Shown one piece after another: positions 40,037-50,292 of a DNA stretch of 64,000 nucleotides (positions are counted from its first letter, which is position 1; every line of letters starts with the position of its first letter). Location of the stretch: NCBI GenBank assembly GCA_963765675.1, contig CAVXXK010000001.1, forward strand, positions 1,728,001 through 1,792,000, in the 5' to 3' direction. The notes beneath the pieces were generated by a model. It was given only the letters and a program-made list of their open reading frames with translations, did no database searches and had not been told where the DNA came from. The position numbers and the translations under genes are program-made. The stretch comes from an uncultured delta proteobacterium. Its GTDB lineage: Bacteria > Desulfobacterota > Binatia > Binatales > Binataceae.

Positions 40037-40948
40037 TCAGCCGAAATAATCTTCGGGACGAATCGCGGCGATATCGATCTGATGGATGCGGTTTTCGCGC
40101 AAGACCTTGAGATTGACCTGCTCGCCCGGGCGCTGATTGCCAAGCGCCTGGTACATCGCGCGGCGCTCGCTGATGTCGTTTCCATTGACCGTGAGCACCA
40201 CGTCGCCTTGCTGCAGGCCCGCCTTCTCGCCCGGCCCTCCCGGCATCACGTTGGCGATCACCACATGCTCGCGCATCGTGTAGGAGAGCACGCCGAGCCA
40301 CGCGCGCGGGGCGGCCGAGATGCGGCGGCCCTGCTGTATAAGCTCGTCGCGCACGGCGAGAAAGTATTCGCCCGGGACGCCCAGGATCGCGCGCCCGATA
40401 TCGGCGAAGTTCAGATAGGAGATCGCGATCGCCTCGCCGTGGCGATTGACGATCGCGCCCCCGGCAAATCCGATCTGCAGCGACGACGCCGTCACGCAGA
40501 CGCATCGCTCGAGCATGAATTCCCACACCGCGTCGAACGGACCGAGGTAGGTCACGAGCCCGCAATCGGCGCATCGCTTGTCGCCGCCAAGGCTCGCGAC
40601 AGTGAATGCTTCCTCGCCGGGAATGGTTGCCTGCGACGACACGATTTTGAGGCAGGGCAGGGGACGGCCGGCGTCGATCCGCAAGAGCCCAAGCCCGGTG
40701 CTGTAGTCCTTGCCGACGATTTTCGCCTGATGCTGATTGCCGTCGGGCAGCGTGACGACAACGCTGGTCGCGCCGAGCAGCAGGTAGTGGACGGTCGCGA
40801 TCAGCCCGTCGGGGCTGACGATAGTTCCGGTGCCGCGGCGGTCGGTGCCGAGTCCGATCGCGGTCGAGACATGCGTGGCCGGGACCTGCGAATGCACGCC
40901 GACGGTCGCGCGCAGGGCTTTCTCGAGCAATACAACAGGGGCATTCAC
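40037..40948 (-). CDS. S1C (HtrA-like) protease-fold protein with PDZ domain, degenerate catalytic site
   Basis: GTGTIV, ATVHYLL, RAWLGV, PGEKAGLQQGDVV PDZ; no GNSGG motif. Confidence 0.8.
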   Translation of the reverse strand: MNAPVVLLEKALRATVGVHSQVPATHVSTAIGLGTDRRGTGTIVSPDGLIATVHYLLLGATSVVVTLPDGNQHQAKIVGKDYSTGLGLLRIDAGRPLPCLKIVSSQATIPGEEAFTVASLGGDKRCADCGLVTYLGPFDAVWEFMLERCVCVTASSLQIGFAGGAIVNRHGEAIAISYLNFADIGRAILGVPGEYFLAVRDELIQQGRRISAAPRAWLGVLSYTMREHVVIANVMPGGPGEKAGLQQGDVVLTVNGNDISERRAMYQALGNQRPGEQVNLKVLRENRIHQIDIAAIRPEDYFG

Positions 40949-41041
40949 CGCGTCACTTCCCGCAAGTCAGGCTAAGGCTCGCGCGACCCGGTTTCAAGCG
41001 CGCGCGGATCCTCCGCGACAGACTCCATATGATCGCGCGCG

Positions 41042-41074
41042 AAAAAAAGAGGCGGTCCGTTTCCGAACCGCCCC
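41042..41074 (-). terminator. rho-independent terminator
   Basis: minus strand ggggcggttcg-gaaa-cggaccgcctc followed by T7. Confidence 0.8.
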
Positions 41075-41101
41075 GAATTAAATCTGTGATCGGTTTGCAG
41101 C

Positions 41102-41518
41102 TTAACGCTTGCGCGGCGAAACCGGCGCGGCGGGAACCTCGGTCTCATGCGCGCGCATCGTCAGCACCTGCAGCGCCTCGCCGAGATCGAGTTCGCTATA
41201 CTTCTGATTCGAATAGAGAGAGTCGAGCCGCTTGACCGCCTGCTCCGGCGTCATGTCCGCCATCGAGAGCTGGCGCGTGGTCTCGGCGATGATCTTGGGC
41301 GCGCCCTTCCAATGGAACATATTCGCTGCGATGGTCAGGCTATCGAGTTGCGCAACGCTCACCTTCATCGCGTCGGAGTAGCCATTGACGTAGCCGTCCT
41401 TAGCCGAAAGATTAAGCTTGTTCCAGAACGCGCCATCGTGTCCGACGCTGGTAGCCGCAAATGCGACTGCCCAACTCGCCAGAAACCCCAGCAACACGCC
41501 CGCGCCAAACTTTTTCAT
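41102..41518 (-). CDS. secreted hypothetical protein
   Basis: signal peptide MKKFGAGVLLGFLASWAVAFA; FWNKL...KDGYVNGYSDA helical domain. Confidence 0.75.
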   Translation of the reverse strand: MKKFGAGVLLGFLASWAVAFAATSVGHDGAFWNKLNLSAKDGYVNGYSDAMKVSVAQLDSLTIAANMFHWKGAPKIIAETTRQLSMADMTPEQAVKRLDSLYSNQKYSELDLGEALQVLTMRAHETEVPAAPVSPRKR

Positions 41519-41564
41519 TAGACGATGCCCTTCCCGCTCGCCGATGCGGGTTCTTCTAGCAGAA

Positions 41565-41674
41565 AGACGTCGTAACTGCAAAAAACGTTACACATAATAC
41601 GGCGGTAACAGAGAGATTTATAAACAGCCTTCGATTCCACTGATGCCAGACGCCCCAACTTCCCCGCGGTTGCG
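41565..41674 (-). promoter_or_regulatory. two tandem ECF-type promoters
   Basis: CGCAAC-N16-CGTCT at 41674-41648 and TGTAAC-N17-CGTCT at 41592-41565. Confidence 0.65.
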
Positions 41675-41827
41675 CCGCTTATGAGGCACCGCCTCTCCAC
41701 CACCACAGCCGCACACTAGCCGTTTCGCGACTCGCGGTAAATACGGGGGTTCCGGGTTATTTTCGGGACTGGCGGGATTGAACCTGTCTCTTCAGCGGGA
41801 CATCATCGATCGTCTCCCAGCAGCATC

Positions 41828-42938
41828 ATGGATACCTCCCAGAAGCAGATAGCCACCGAAGTATTGAGGTTTATCCACAGACCTGAACCTGGGTTATTCG
41901 ACGCTTTGGCTTTGAGTGTCTTTCGCTATCAGTATAATTCTATCGCATCGTATAAAGACTATTGTCACCAGCTCAACGTCGATCCGGATGTAGTTCGATC
42001 CCCTGATCAAATTCCGCTGGTCAGTACAATCGCCTTCAAGTATGCGGAACTTGCCCCGACCGGCGCCGGCGAGATTCTCGGCGCGAGAGAGTTTCTGACC
42101 AGTGGCACGACGATTGGCGCGGACCGGCGTGGCCGCCACGTCGTCGCTCGGCCCGAGGTTTATCAGCGCATCGGCGATTGCGCATCTTCGCGCGATGCTG
42201 TTTCCCGACGACACGCCGATGCGGATGCTCGCGATGCATCCGACGGCCGAGCGGATGCCCGAGTCGTCGCTGTCGGCAATGATCACCTGGTGTATCGAGG
42301 AGTTCGGTGTCGGCGAATCGCGATGCGTCGCTGATCGCGGGCGCGTCGATACGGCTGCGGCGCTCGCGTTCCTGCGCGAGGTGTCGGCGGCGCGCGAGCC
42401 GGTATGTATCCTCGGGACGACGGCCGCCTTTGCCGCATTATTCGAACTGATGGCCAAGACGCGCGAGCGGCTCAAGCTGCCCGCCGGTTCGCGGATGATG
42501 GACACGGGCGGTCCCAAGGGGCAACGCGTGCCGCTGTCGCCAGCCGAGGTCGCGTCGCGCGCCGGCGAACTGGTGGGCGTCGAGGGTGACCTCGTCATCA
42601 ATGAATACGGGATGACGGAGCTGTGCTCGCAGCTCTATGACGCGACGCCGTTCAACTCGCGACGCGGCGGCGCGCCCGGAGCGCGGGTCAAGCTCGCGCC
42701 GCCGTGGATGCGCCCGATGGCGATCGATCCGGCTTCGATGCGCCGGTTGCCGGCGGGGACGCCCGGGATTCTCGCGTTTATCGATCTGGCGAACGTCTGC
42801 TCGGTCTCAGGGATCCTGACTGAGGATTTGGGAATCGTAGAAGGTAGATCCGTGCGGGTGCTCGGACGGGCGCTCGGCGCAGGAGCGCGGGGATGCGCGC
42901 TATCGATCGAATCGTTCCAGGCGGCGGCGCGCCGGTGA
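41828..42938 (+). CDS. LuxE-like acyl-protein synthetase, apparent frameshift near 42165
   Basis: FRYQY...Y, IPLV...AFK, FLTSGTT, MDTGGPKG, NEYGMTELCSQLYD, DLAN, TEDLG, LGRA...RGC. Confidence 0.85.
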
Positions 42939-44144
42939 GTGAGCAGGTCACCGAAGCAGCGATCTCGGGCGCGATTTCGCGGATGCGCGCACGCGTCGGA
43001 GAACCTCATGATCCGCGACACGCCGCGAGCGTTCTCGCCTCGGTGCTCGAGCGATGGCGCGAGCGCGACTTTGCTCCGCGCCGCGCGGCGGTCGCGCAAA
43101 TCAGCGCGGGCCTGGGTTTTTCGGCGGCGCTGCTCGATGCGTCGTTCGACGCGCTGCTGGCGCCGTTCACGCTCGACGCACTTAGATCGTTCGCGGCGGA
43201 TGCCGCGGAGCGGCGCGAGATAATCGGCTTCATCATGGCGGGCAACGCGCCCGGCGCGGGGCTGCACGAAGTCGCGATTGCGCTTATCTGCGGCAGCGGG
43301 CGTGATTATCAAGACCGCGACGCAGGAGCCGCACTTTTTCGCCGAGCTCGCGCGCTCGATTCGCGATAGCGACGCGCGGCTCGGCAGCATGATCGAGGTG
43401 TTCAACTGGAGCAGGGCGGATCGCGCTCTGACCGCGGCGCTCGTCGGCGGCGCGAGCAGGGTTGTCGCGTACGGCGACGACGCTACTCTGTCGGCGATAG
43501 GCGGTGAGCGTCTCGTCGGCTTTGGAAGCAGGCTCTCGGGCGCGATCGTCACGCGCGCTATTCGCGACGGCGCGCAGATTCACGCCACCGCTGCGGCGCT
43601 CGCGCGCGACGTTACTCTGTTCGAGCAGCTCGGATGCCTTTCGCCGCATCATGTTTTCGTCGAAGACGACTCGGATGCTCGCGCGCGCGAGTTCGCGCAC
43701 GCGCTGGCCGACGCGATCGCGGCGCTTGGGCTTTCCGCTCCTGCGCCCGAGTCGATGGCGCTCGAAGACGCGGCCGCGCTGCGCCGCGCGCGCGAGACCG
43801 CGCGATGGCGCAGCATCGCGGGCGATGAGGTCGAGCTGATCGAAGGGCCGGGAGTAGCGTGGGCGGTGATATTTGATCGCGATGCGTCGTTTTCGCCGTC
43901 GCCGGGTTTCCGCACCGTTTATGTAAGCCCGTTTCGCGAGCGCGAAGACCTGCGCGTGCGTGTAGCGCCGGCGGCCGGCCGCCTCGAAGCGTTCTCGCTC
44001 GCGGGAGATGACGATGCGCTGATCGGCGATCTCCGCGCGTTCGGCGTGTCGTACATCGCGGCGCCCGGCGCGATACAATCTCCTCCGCTCACGTGGCGCC
44101 ATGGCGGCGGCGTCTTTCTCGATTCGATGATCGGCAAGCGGTAA
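42935..44144 (+). CDS. LuxC-like acyl-CoA/acyl-protein reductase, apparent frameshift near 43295
   Basis: IMAGNAP, IIKTA, VAYGDDAT, GFGSRLS, LARDVTLFEQLGCLSPH; GTGA overlap with luxE-like gene. Confidence 0.82.
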
Positions 44145-45346
44145 TGTCCGACGATCTGAAAACTATGTTCAAGCGCCACGTCGCGCAAACTTCGGATGCG
44201 CCGATCGGTCTCGAAATCGTCCGCGCTGAAGGATGCTGGCTCTACACCGCCGATGGGCGGCGCTACCTTGATCTGATCGCGGGAATCGGCGTCGCTGCGC
44301 TCGGGCATGGCAACCCGCAGGTCGCCGCCGCGATCGAGCAACAGGCGCGGCGTCATCTGCATGTGATGGTTTACGGCGAGTACGTGATCGAAGCGCAGGT
44401 CCGCCTCGCGGCGCGACTTGCCGAGCTGCTGCCGGCGCCACTCTCGCGCGTCTATTTCACCAACAGCGGGGCCGAGGCGATCGAGGGTGCGCTCAAGACC
44501 GCGCGCAAGTTCACGCGCCGCAGCGGATTTCTTGCGTTCGAGGGCGCATATCACGGCGACACGATGGGCGCGCTGGCGCTCGCCGGAAATCCCGCGTTCC
44601 GAGAGCCGTTCGAGCCGCTGCCCGGGCCGGTGACGCATCTGCCGTTCGACGATGTCGGCGGTCTTGACGCGATTGATTCCTCAGTCGCAGCCGTGATCGT
44701 CGAGCCGGTGCAGGCTGAAGGCGGCGTACGGATTCCCGATGCGAAATTTCTCCGCGCGCTGCGCGAACGATGCGACCGCGCCGGCGCGCTGCTCGTCTTC
44801 GACGAAGTGCTGACCGGCTTCGGGCGCACGGGACGGATGTTCGCGCTCGAGCACTCGGGCGTCGTGCCGGATCTGATCGTGATGGCGAAGGCGCTGGGCG
44901 GCGGGCTGCCGCTGGGAGCGTTCGCGGGACGCGACGAGCTGCTGGCGGTGCTCGCGCACGATCCCGCGCTCGGGCATATCACGACCTTCGGCGGCCATCC
45001 GTTGTCCTGCGCTGCCGGGCTTGCCGCGCTGGAGGTGATCGTGGAGGAGCGGCTGCCTGAGCGCGCCGCCGAGACGGGCGCATACCTGCACGCGCAGCTC
45101 CAGGCGCTCGCGGCGCCCGAGATTGCGGCGGTGCGGGGAATAGGGCTGCTCGTGGGAATCGAGTTTCACGACGCCAATTTCGCGCATCGCTTTGTCGCTG
45201 CGGCGCTTGCGCGCGGCGTGGTGATCAACTGGACGCTAAACGCCGAGGCGGTGGTCCGGATCGCTCCGCCGCTGGTGATAAGCCGACAAGAAGTTGACTT
45301 TGGCGTCCGATTGTTACGACTTGCGCTAACCGATGCCCGCATCTGA
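44144..45346 (+). CDS. class III PLP-dependent aminotransferase
   Basis: YLDLIAGIGV, NSGAEA, YHG, EPVQAEGG, FDEVLTGFGRTG, MAKALGGG, TTFGGHP; TAATG overlap. Confidence 0.92.
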   Translation: MSDDLKTMFKRHVAQTSDAPIGLEIVRAEGCWLYTADGRRYLDLIAGIGVAALGHGNPQVAAAIEQQARRHLHVMVYGEYVIEAQVRLAARLAELLPAPLSRVYFTNSGAEAIEGALKTARKFTRRSGFLAFEGAYHGDTMGALALAGNPAFREPFEPLPGPVTHLPFDDVGGLDAIDSSVAAVIVEPVQAEGGVRIPDAKFLRALRERCDRAGALLVFDEVLTGFGRTGRMFALEHSGVVPDLIVMAKALGGGLPLGAFAGRDELLAVLAHDPALGHITTFGGHPLSCAAGLAALEVIVEERLPERAAETGAYLHAQLQALAAPEIAAVRGIGLLVGIEFHDANFAHRFVAAALARGVVINWTLNAEAVVRIAPPLVISRQEVDFGVRLLRLALTDARI

Positions 45347-45443
45347 TCCACGAACGCCCGATCTTTGGACTTTTGCCACGATGCCCCCTCAACTATGATC
45401 AAAGTTCATCGCGCCACTTGCGCGGCGAAGTTTTGTTCATCGA

Positions 45444-46769
45444 GTGACCATTCATCCTGACAACTCCGCTGGCTCCGCTCCAAGCGCGAACTCGCCCGAT
45501 CCTCGCGCCCGTACGCTCGTCTGGACCAACGACGACGACGAGGCTCTGGGGGTCCTCAAGATTGGCGGAGCGCTGGGACTCTTCTTCTTGCTGGTTTACG
45601 CGATCGTCGATTCGGTCGGCGGGCGCAGCGGATTGGCGGTCGAGGCCGAGCATTGGGCCCTGCTGGCGGGAACCTGCCTGTTCTTTGGCATGACCTGGGC
45701 CCGGGCGTTCCGGCGGCACTGGAAATTGTGGACGCTCGTGTACTGCGCTTTCATGATGACGATGTTCGTCGCGATCAGCGCGCGCACCGGCGATCCCGAG
45801 TCACGGTTCATCGCGATGCTGCTGTGTCCGCTCGCGACCGCGTCGTTCGTCAGTTGGGGATCGCGTTGGCAGTTCGCGATGGGCGTGACGGTAATCTTGA
45901 TTGCCGCTGTCGCGGAGCACTTCGTTCCGGTGGCCACGCGGCTCAACGCCTACCGATGGATGGGGCTTGGCGCGGCGCTCGCGTTCGGACAGGCGACGGC
46001 GGTGTTTCTCGAGCGCTATCGGGTGCGGATTCGCAGACAATTCGCGGCGCTGGAAGAGGCGGCGCGGTTTCGCGAAACCCAGATCTCGACCATGGCGCAT
46101 GACATCAGCAGCCCGATCGCCGCGCTCACCGGCTACGCGCAACTGCTCGAAGAAGACGCCTCCGACCCGGTTGAGCGCCGCCAGATTCTTGCGCGGATCG
46201 GATCGACGGCCTGGAACATGAACCTGGTGGTCAGCAACGTGCTCGATTTGTATCGGATCGAAGAGGATGGCCGCTTTCATCCGATCCTGACCCGCGTCGA
46301 TCTGAGCCGCATTATCATCGCGGCATCCGAGGACTGCGCGGCGGAAGCCGCGCGGCGCGGGCTCGAGGTCACGACCGTGCTCTCGGTGCTGCAGCCGGCC
46401 ACGCTCGACGGACATCATCTGGACCGGATCGTGCGCAACTTGATGGCGTTCGCGATCGGGCGCGCGAACCGCGGAGTGGTGTCACTGCGCGCGGCGGTGC
46501 ATGATCGCAAGCTCAGGATGGAAGTCAACGCGCAGTGCCCGAGCGTCGCTCCTGCCGACCTGGCCGCCCTGCTGGCGGGACCTGATCGCAGCGGTCACGG
46601 AGCGGGCTCGGCCTCGCTCGGGCTGTTTGTCGCGCGCGTGATGGCGGAGTCGGCGGGCGGGAGCGTCGAAGCGAGTTTCGAGCGCGCGACCGGGCTTACG
46701 CTGCGCGCGGCGATCCCAATTGCGGACGTCGGAGGCGCATCGGGGGCTGCGGATCCAAGCGCGCCGTGA
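45444..46769 (+). CDS. membrane sensor histidine kinase with degenerate ATPase domain
   Basis: about 5-6 TM helices, MAHDISSPIAALTGYAQLL H-box, weak N/G boxes. Confidence 0.75.
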   Translation: MTIHPDNSAGSAPSANSPDPRARTLVWTNDDDEALGVLKIGGALGLFFLLVYAIVDSVGGRSGLAVEAEHWALLAGTCLFFGMTWARAFRRHWKLWTLVYCAFMMTMFVAISARTGDPESRFIAMLLCPLATASFVSWGSRWQFAMGVTVILIAAVAEHFVPVATRLNAYRWMGLGAALAFGQATAVFLERYRVRIRRQFAALEEAARFRETQISTMAHDISSPIAALTGYAQLLEEDASDPVERRQILARIGSTAWNMNLVVSNVLDLYRIEEDGRFHPILTRVDLSRIIIAASEDCAAEAARRGLEVTTVLSVLQPATLDGHHLDRIVRNLMAFAIGRANRGVVSLRAAVHDRKLRMEVNAQCPSVAPADLAALLAGPDRSGHGAGSASLGLFVARVMAESAGGSVEASFERATGLTLRAAIPIADVGGASGAADPSAP

Positions 46770-47786
46770 AGCATCCTGCGCCACCTTCTCCCGTCGCGAA
46801 TCGTCTCGCGTCGCGTCGCGACCGCCGCTCCAGGCGAGTTCGATCTGATCGCGCGGATCTGCGCGCGATTACCGCTTTCGCGCCGCACCATCCTCGGCCC
46901 CGGGGATGACGCGGCGATTCTCGAGCCTGGCGCCGGCCGGCAACTGGTCACGATCGATTCCGTCGTCGAGGGCGTGCACTTCGACTTGCGCTGGGGCACT
47001 CCCGAGCAATTGGGCGCGCGTGCGCTGGTCGTGAACTTAAGCGATATCGCCGCGATGGGCGGGGCGCCATTTGCGTGTGTCGTCAACCTGGCGATTCGGC
47101 CGGGTCTCACGCCTAAATTTTTCGAACGGATGTACGCCGGGCTCGCGCGCGCGGCCCGTGCGGCGCGCGTCGACGTGGTCGGTGGAAATGTTACTCGCGC
47201 TGAACAGCTTGCGATCACGATCGCGCTGTTTGGCGACGCGCCCGCAAAACCGTTGCGCCGCGACGCAGCCCGCGTCGGTGATGGAATTTTCGTCACCGGA
47301 ACCTTGGGCGACGCCGCAGTGGGTTGGCGTGTCCTCGCGGGCAAGCTCCGCGCGCGCGGCACCGCGCGAACTCATCTGATTAATTCCTTTCTTGCGCCAA
47401 CCGCGCGGCTCGCAGCCGGCGCAAGGCTCGCGCGAATTCGCCCGGCTCCTGCCGCGATCGATATCAGCGACGGCCTGTGGCAGGACCTTGGGCATATCCT
47501 GCAGCGCGGCCGCGTTGGCGCGGAAATCGATCCGCGCGCGATTCCGGTGTCGGACGCCTATCGCGCCGTAATGCGCGGCGATCTTTCGCTCGCGCTCGGC
47601 GGCGGCGAGGACTACGAGCTGCTGTTCTGCGCGCATCAGAAATACAGCGCGCGCAGGCTCGCCACGATGCTCGGCGTGCCGGTCGCGCGGATCGGCACGA
47701 TCGTCAAAGGGCGCGGCGCGCGTTTTGCCGGCGGCGGAGCGCCCGCGCTCGCGGGATGGGATCAGTTGCGGGCGGGCGCGCCGTGA
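46766..47786 (+). CDS. thiL: thiamine-phosphate kinase (5' end uncertain, probable frameshift near start)
   Basis: GEFDLI, GPGDDAA, VEGVHF, NLSDIAAMG, VGGN, IDISDGL, GGEDYELLF. Confidence 0.92.
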
Positions 47787-48997
47787 TCGTCATCCTGCCT
47801 ATCGTGGTTGCGATTCTGATTGTCGTCAGCGCCGCGCTGGCCGCGTCGGAGACGGCGATCTTCACGCTCGCGCGGATGGACCATACGCGCGAGCAACTGT
47901 CTCGCGCGGTCGGCGCCGCACTCGATCGCCTGATGGTCCGTCCGCTCGAGTCTCTGATCGTCGTGATCGGGATCAACGAGGCGTCGAACGTCTTCGCCGA
48001 GTGCCTTGCGACCACATTTTTTCTGCTCTGGCTCGGCGCCGATATCGGGCCGTACGTCGCCGCGCCGGTGATGCTGGTGCTCGTGCTGATCTTCTGCGAC
48101 ATCACGCCCAAGACTTTCGCGCTCGCCTATCCGGCTGGAGTCGCGCGCCTGACCGCGCGTCCGCTCGCGATCCTGACCGCGATCGTGCATCCGATCGCGC
48201 GCCACTTCACGCCGCTCGATGAAGCGCCTCATCCGGGCCCCGTCTCCGAGGCGGAGTTCAAGGCGCTCTTGCGGCTGGGGGAGCATCAGGGCGAGGTCGA
48301 ACCCGCCGAGCGTGCGCTGATTCATCGCGTATTCGATTTCGGCTTGCGCCGCGCCGCTGAAGTGATGACGCCGGCCGAGAAAATCTTCACGCTCGATATC
48401 GCGACAGCGCCCGCGCAGTTGATGGCGGAAATCGCGCACGGCCATTTCTCGCGCGTGCCGGTATATCGCGGAACACCCGGCAATATCGTCGGGATCCTGC
48501 ACGCCAAGGACCTTGCGGCGCGCCGCCTCGAAAGTACATCGCCGCGCGTCGATCGCCTGCTGCGTCCGGCGTACTTCATTCCGCCGGCGAAAGCGCTCGG
48601 CGATTTGTTCGACGAGATGCGGCGCGGACGATTTCAGATGGCGCTGGTGGTCAACGAGTACGGCCATCTGCTGGGGCTGGTGACGCTGGAAGACCTGCTC
48701 GAAGAACTGTTCGGCGAGCTGCGCGATGAATTCGACTCCGAAGTTCCCGAGCTGGAAAAAATCAACGATCATGAATGGCTCGTGTCGGGCGCGATCGAGG
48801 TCAAGAAGCTCAACCTCGCTCTCGGCGCCAATCCTCCCATCGAAGCGCGCGGCGGCGGTCCTACGCTCAGCGCCGTGCTGTTGCGCAAGCTGGGCCGCGT
48901 CCCGCCTGCCGGGGAGATTTTGCAACTGGGCGCATTCGCGGCCCGCGTCGAGCGAGTGCGCGGCGCGACCGTCGAGCAGGTGAGGCTCACGCGATGA
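47783..48997 (+). CDS. CNNM/HlyC-CorC family transporter (DUF21-CBS-CorC)
   Basis: ASETAI, DITPK, VMTP, FSRVPVY, VNEYG...VTLEDLLEELFGEL. Confidence 0.88.
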   Translation: MIVILPIVVAILIVVSAALAASETAIFTLARMDHTREQLSRAVGAALDRLMVRPLESLIVVIGINEASNVFAECLATTFFLLWLGADIGPYVAAPVMLVLVLIFCDITPKTFALAYPAGVARLTARPLAILTAIVHPIARHFTPLDEAPHPGPVSEAEFKALLRLGEHQGEVEPAERALIHRVFDFGLRRAAEVMTPAEKIFTLDIATAPAQLMAEIAHGHFSRVPVYRGTPGNIVGILHAKDLAARRLESTSPRVDRLLRPAYFIPPAKALGDLFDEMRRGRFQMALVVNEYGHLLGLVTLEDLLEELFGELRDEFDSEVPELEKINDHEWLVSGAIEVKKLNLALGANPPIEARGGGPTLSAVLLRKLGRVPPAGEILQLGAFAARVERVRGATVEQVRLTR

Positions 48998-50292
48998 CGG
49001 CATGGGAGCTTATCGCGGCGATTGCGGCATGCGTCGCGGTGCAGGCGTTTTTCGCCGCGAGCGAAATCGCGGTGGTCTCGGCCGACGAGGTAAAGGTGCG
49101 CGCCGAAAGCGAACGCGGCTCTGCGCGCTCGCACGCGCTCGGCGCGCTGCTGGCAAATCGCGATCGGCTGCTCGCGCTGACGCTCACCAGCAACAACGTC
49201 GCGACCGTTCTTGCCGCCGTGATGCTGACCGCATTCCTGCATCGCCTTTACCCAGGCTACTCGTATTGGGCGCCGTTCATGCTCGCGCCGGTCACGCTGA
49301 TTTTTGGCGAATCGATTCCGAAGCTTGTAGCGCTCGGGAATCCGCTTTGGGTCGCGCGCGTCGCCGCGCCTCCGCTGCGGATCCTCGCGACGATTCTCGC
49401 GCCGATCCTGGTCGCCGAAACCTTGCTCAGCCGCGCCATGCGCCGCGTGGTTGGCGTCGCGCCAGGAGCCGATAGCGTGTTCTTAAGCCGCGAGGACCTC
49501 GCGCGGCTGGTGCATCGCCGCGCGCCCGATTCCGCCGCGCAGGATTTAGCCGATCAGCACGACGCGATTCTGCCTTCCGAGCGTCACATGATCAGCCGGA
49601 TCTTCCGCTTCTCGCGCGCCGACGCGCGCAAGGCGATGGTGCCGCTCGTGCGCGTTGACGCGATTCCGCACGACGTCACGCTCTCCGGTGCGATCGAGAC
49701 CGTCCGCCGAGTCGGCTACAGCCGCCTGCCGGTGTTCCGCGAGCGGATTACCGATATCGTCGGCGTCGTGCACGTGTTTGATCTATTGCAGGCACCCGAT
49801 CTCACTCGCCCAGTCAGCGAGGTGATGCGGCCGGTGAGTTATTTTCCGGAATCGATGCCGCTGGATGAAGTCCTGGTCGCGCTGCAGCGCACCGGAGAGA
49901 ATCTGGCCGTGATCGTGGATGAATACGGCGGCGCCGCGGGAATTATCACGGTCGAAGATTTGCTCGAAGAAGTCGTCGGCGAGATCGACGACGAGCACGA
50001 CAAGACCGAAGAGATCGCGCGCGTGGTAAATCGCGTCACGCTGAGCGTGTCGGCGCGCGCGCCGATCGCGGAATTGAATGAGCGCTTCGCGCTGCGCCTG
50101 CCCGAGGGTGATGAGTATGCTACGATCGGCGGTCTGGTGCTGGAACGTTTGGGTCATATTCCGCAGCCGGGCGAGCAACTCAAAATCCCCGGGATGACGA
50201 TTACTGTTATCCGCAGCGACGTTCGCGCGGTGCGCGAGCTGCGCCTGGCGCTGGAACGCCCGCTGCGCGCGGACGCGGCAAGGCGCCGATGA
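48994..50292 (+). CDS. CNNM/HlyC-CorC family transporter (second paralog)
   Basis: FFAASEIA, GESIPK, YSRLPV, VDEYGG...TVEDLLEEVVGEIDDEHD. Confidence 0.9.
   Translation: MTAWELIAAIAACVAVQAFFAASEIAVVSADEVKVRAESERGSARSHALGALLANRDRLLALTLTSNNVATVLAAVMLTAFLHRLYPGYSYWAPFMLAPVTLIFGESIPKLVALGNPLWVARVAAPPLRILATILAPILVAETLLSRAMRRVVGVAPGADSVFLSREDLARLVHRRAPDSAAQDLADQHDAILPSERHMISRIFRFSRADARKAMVPLVRVDAIPHDVTLSGAIETVRRVGYSRLPVFRERITDIVGVVHVFDLLQAPDLTRPVSEVMRPVSYFPESMPLDEVLVALQRTGENLAVIVDEYGGAAGIITVEDLLEEVVGEIDDEHDKTEEIARVVNRVTLSVSARAPIAELNERFALRLPEGDEYATIGGLVLERLGHIPQPGEQLKIPGMTITVIRSDVRAVRELRLALERPLRADAARRR

Noticed and set aside
41763-41786. tRNA 3'-end-like fragment on the minus strand (caggttcaatcccgccagtcccga) as an att scar
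   Set aside because: Short and degenerate, no CCA, poor match to the tRNA-Pro in the window.
41828-44144. Bioluminescence (lux) operon
   Set aside because: No luxA, luxB, luxD or luxG in the window.
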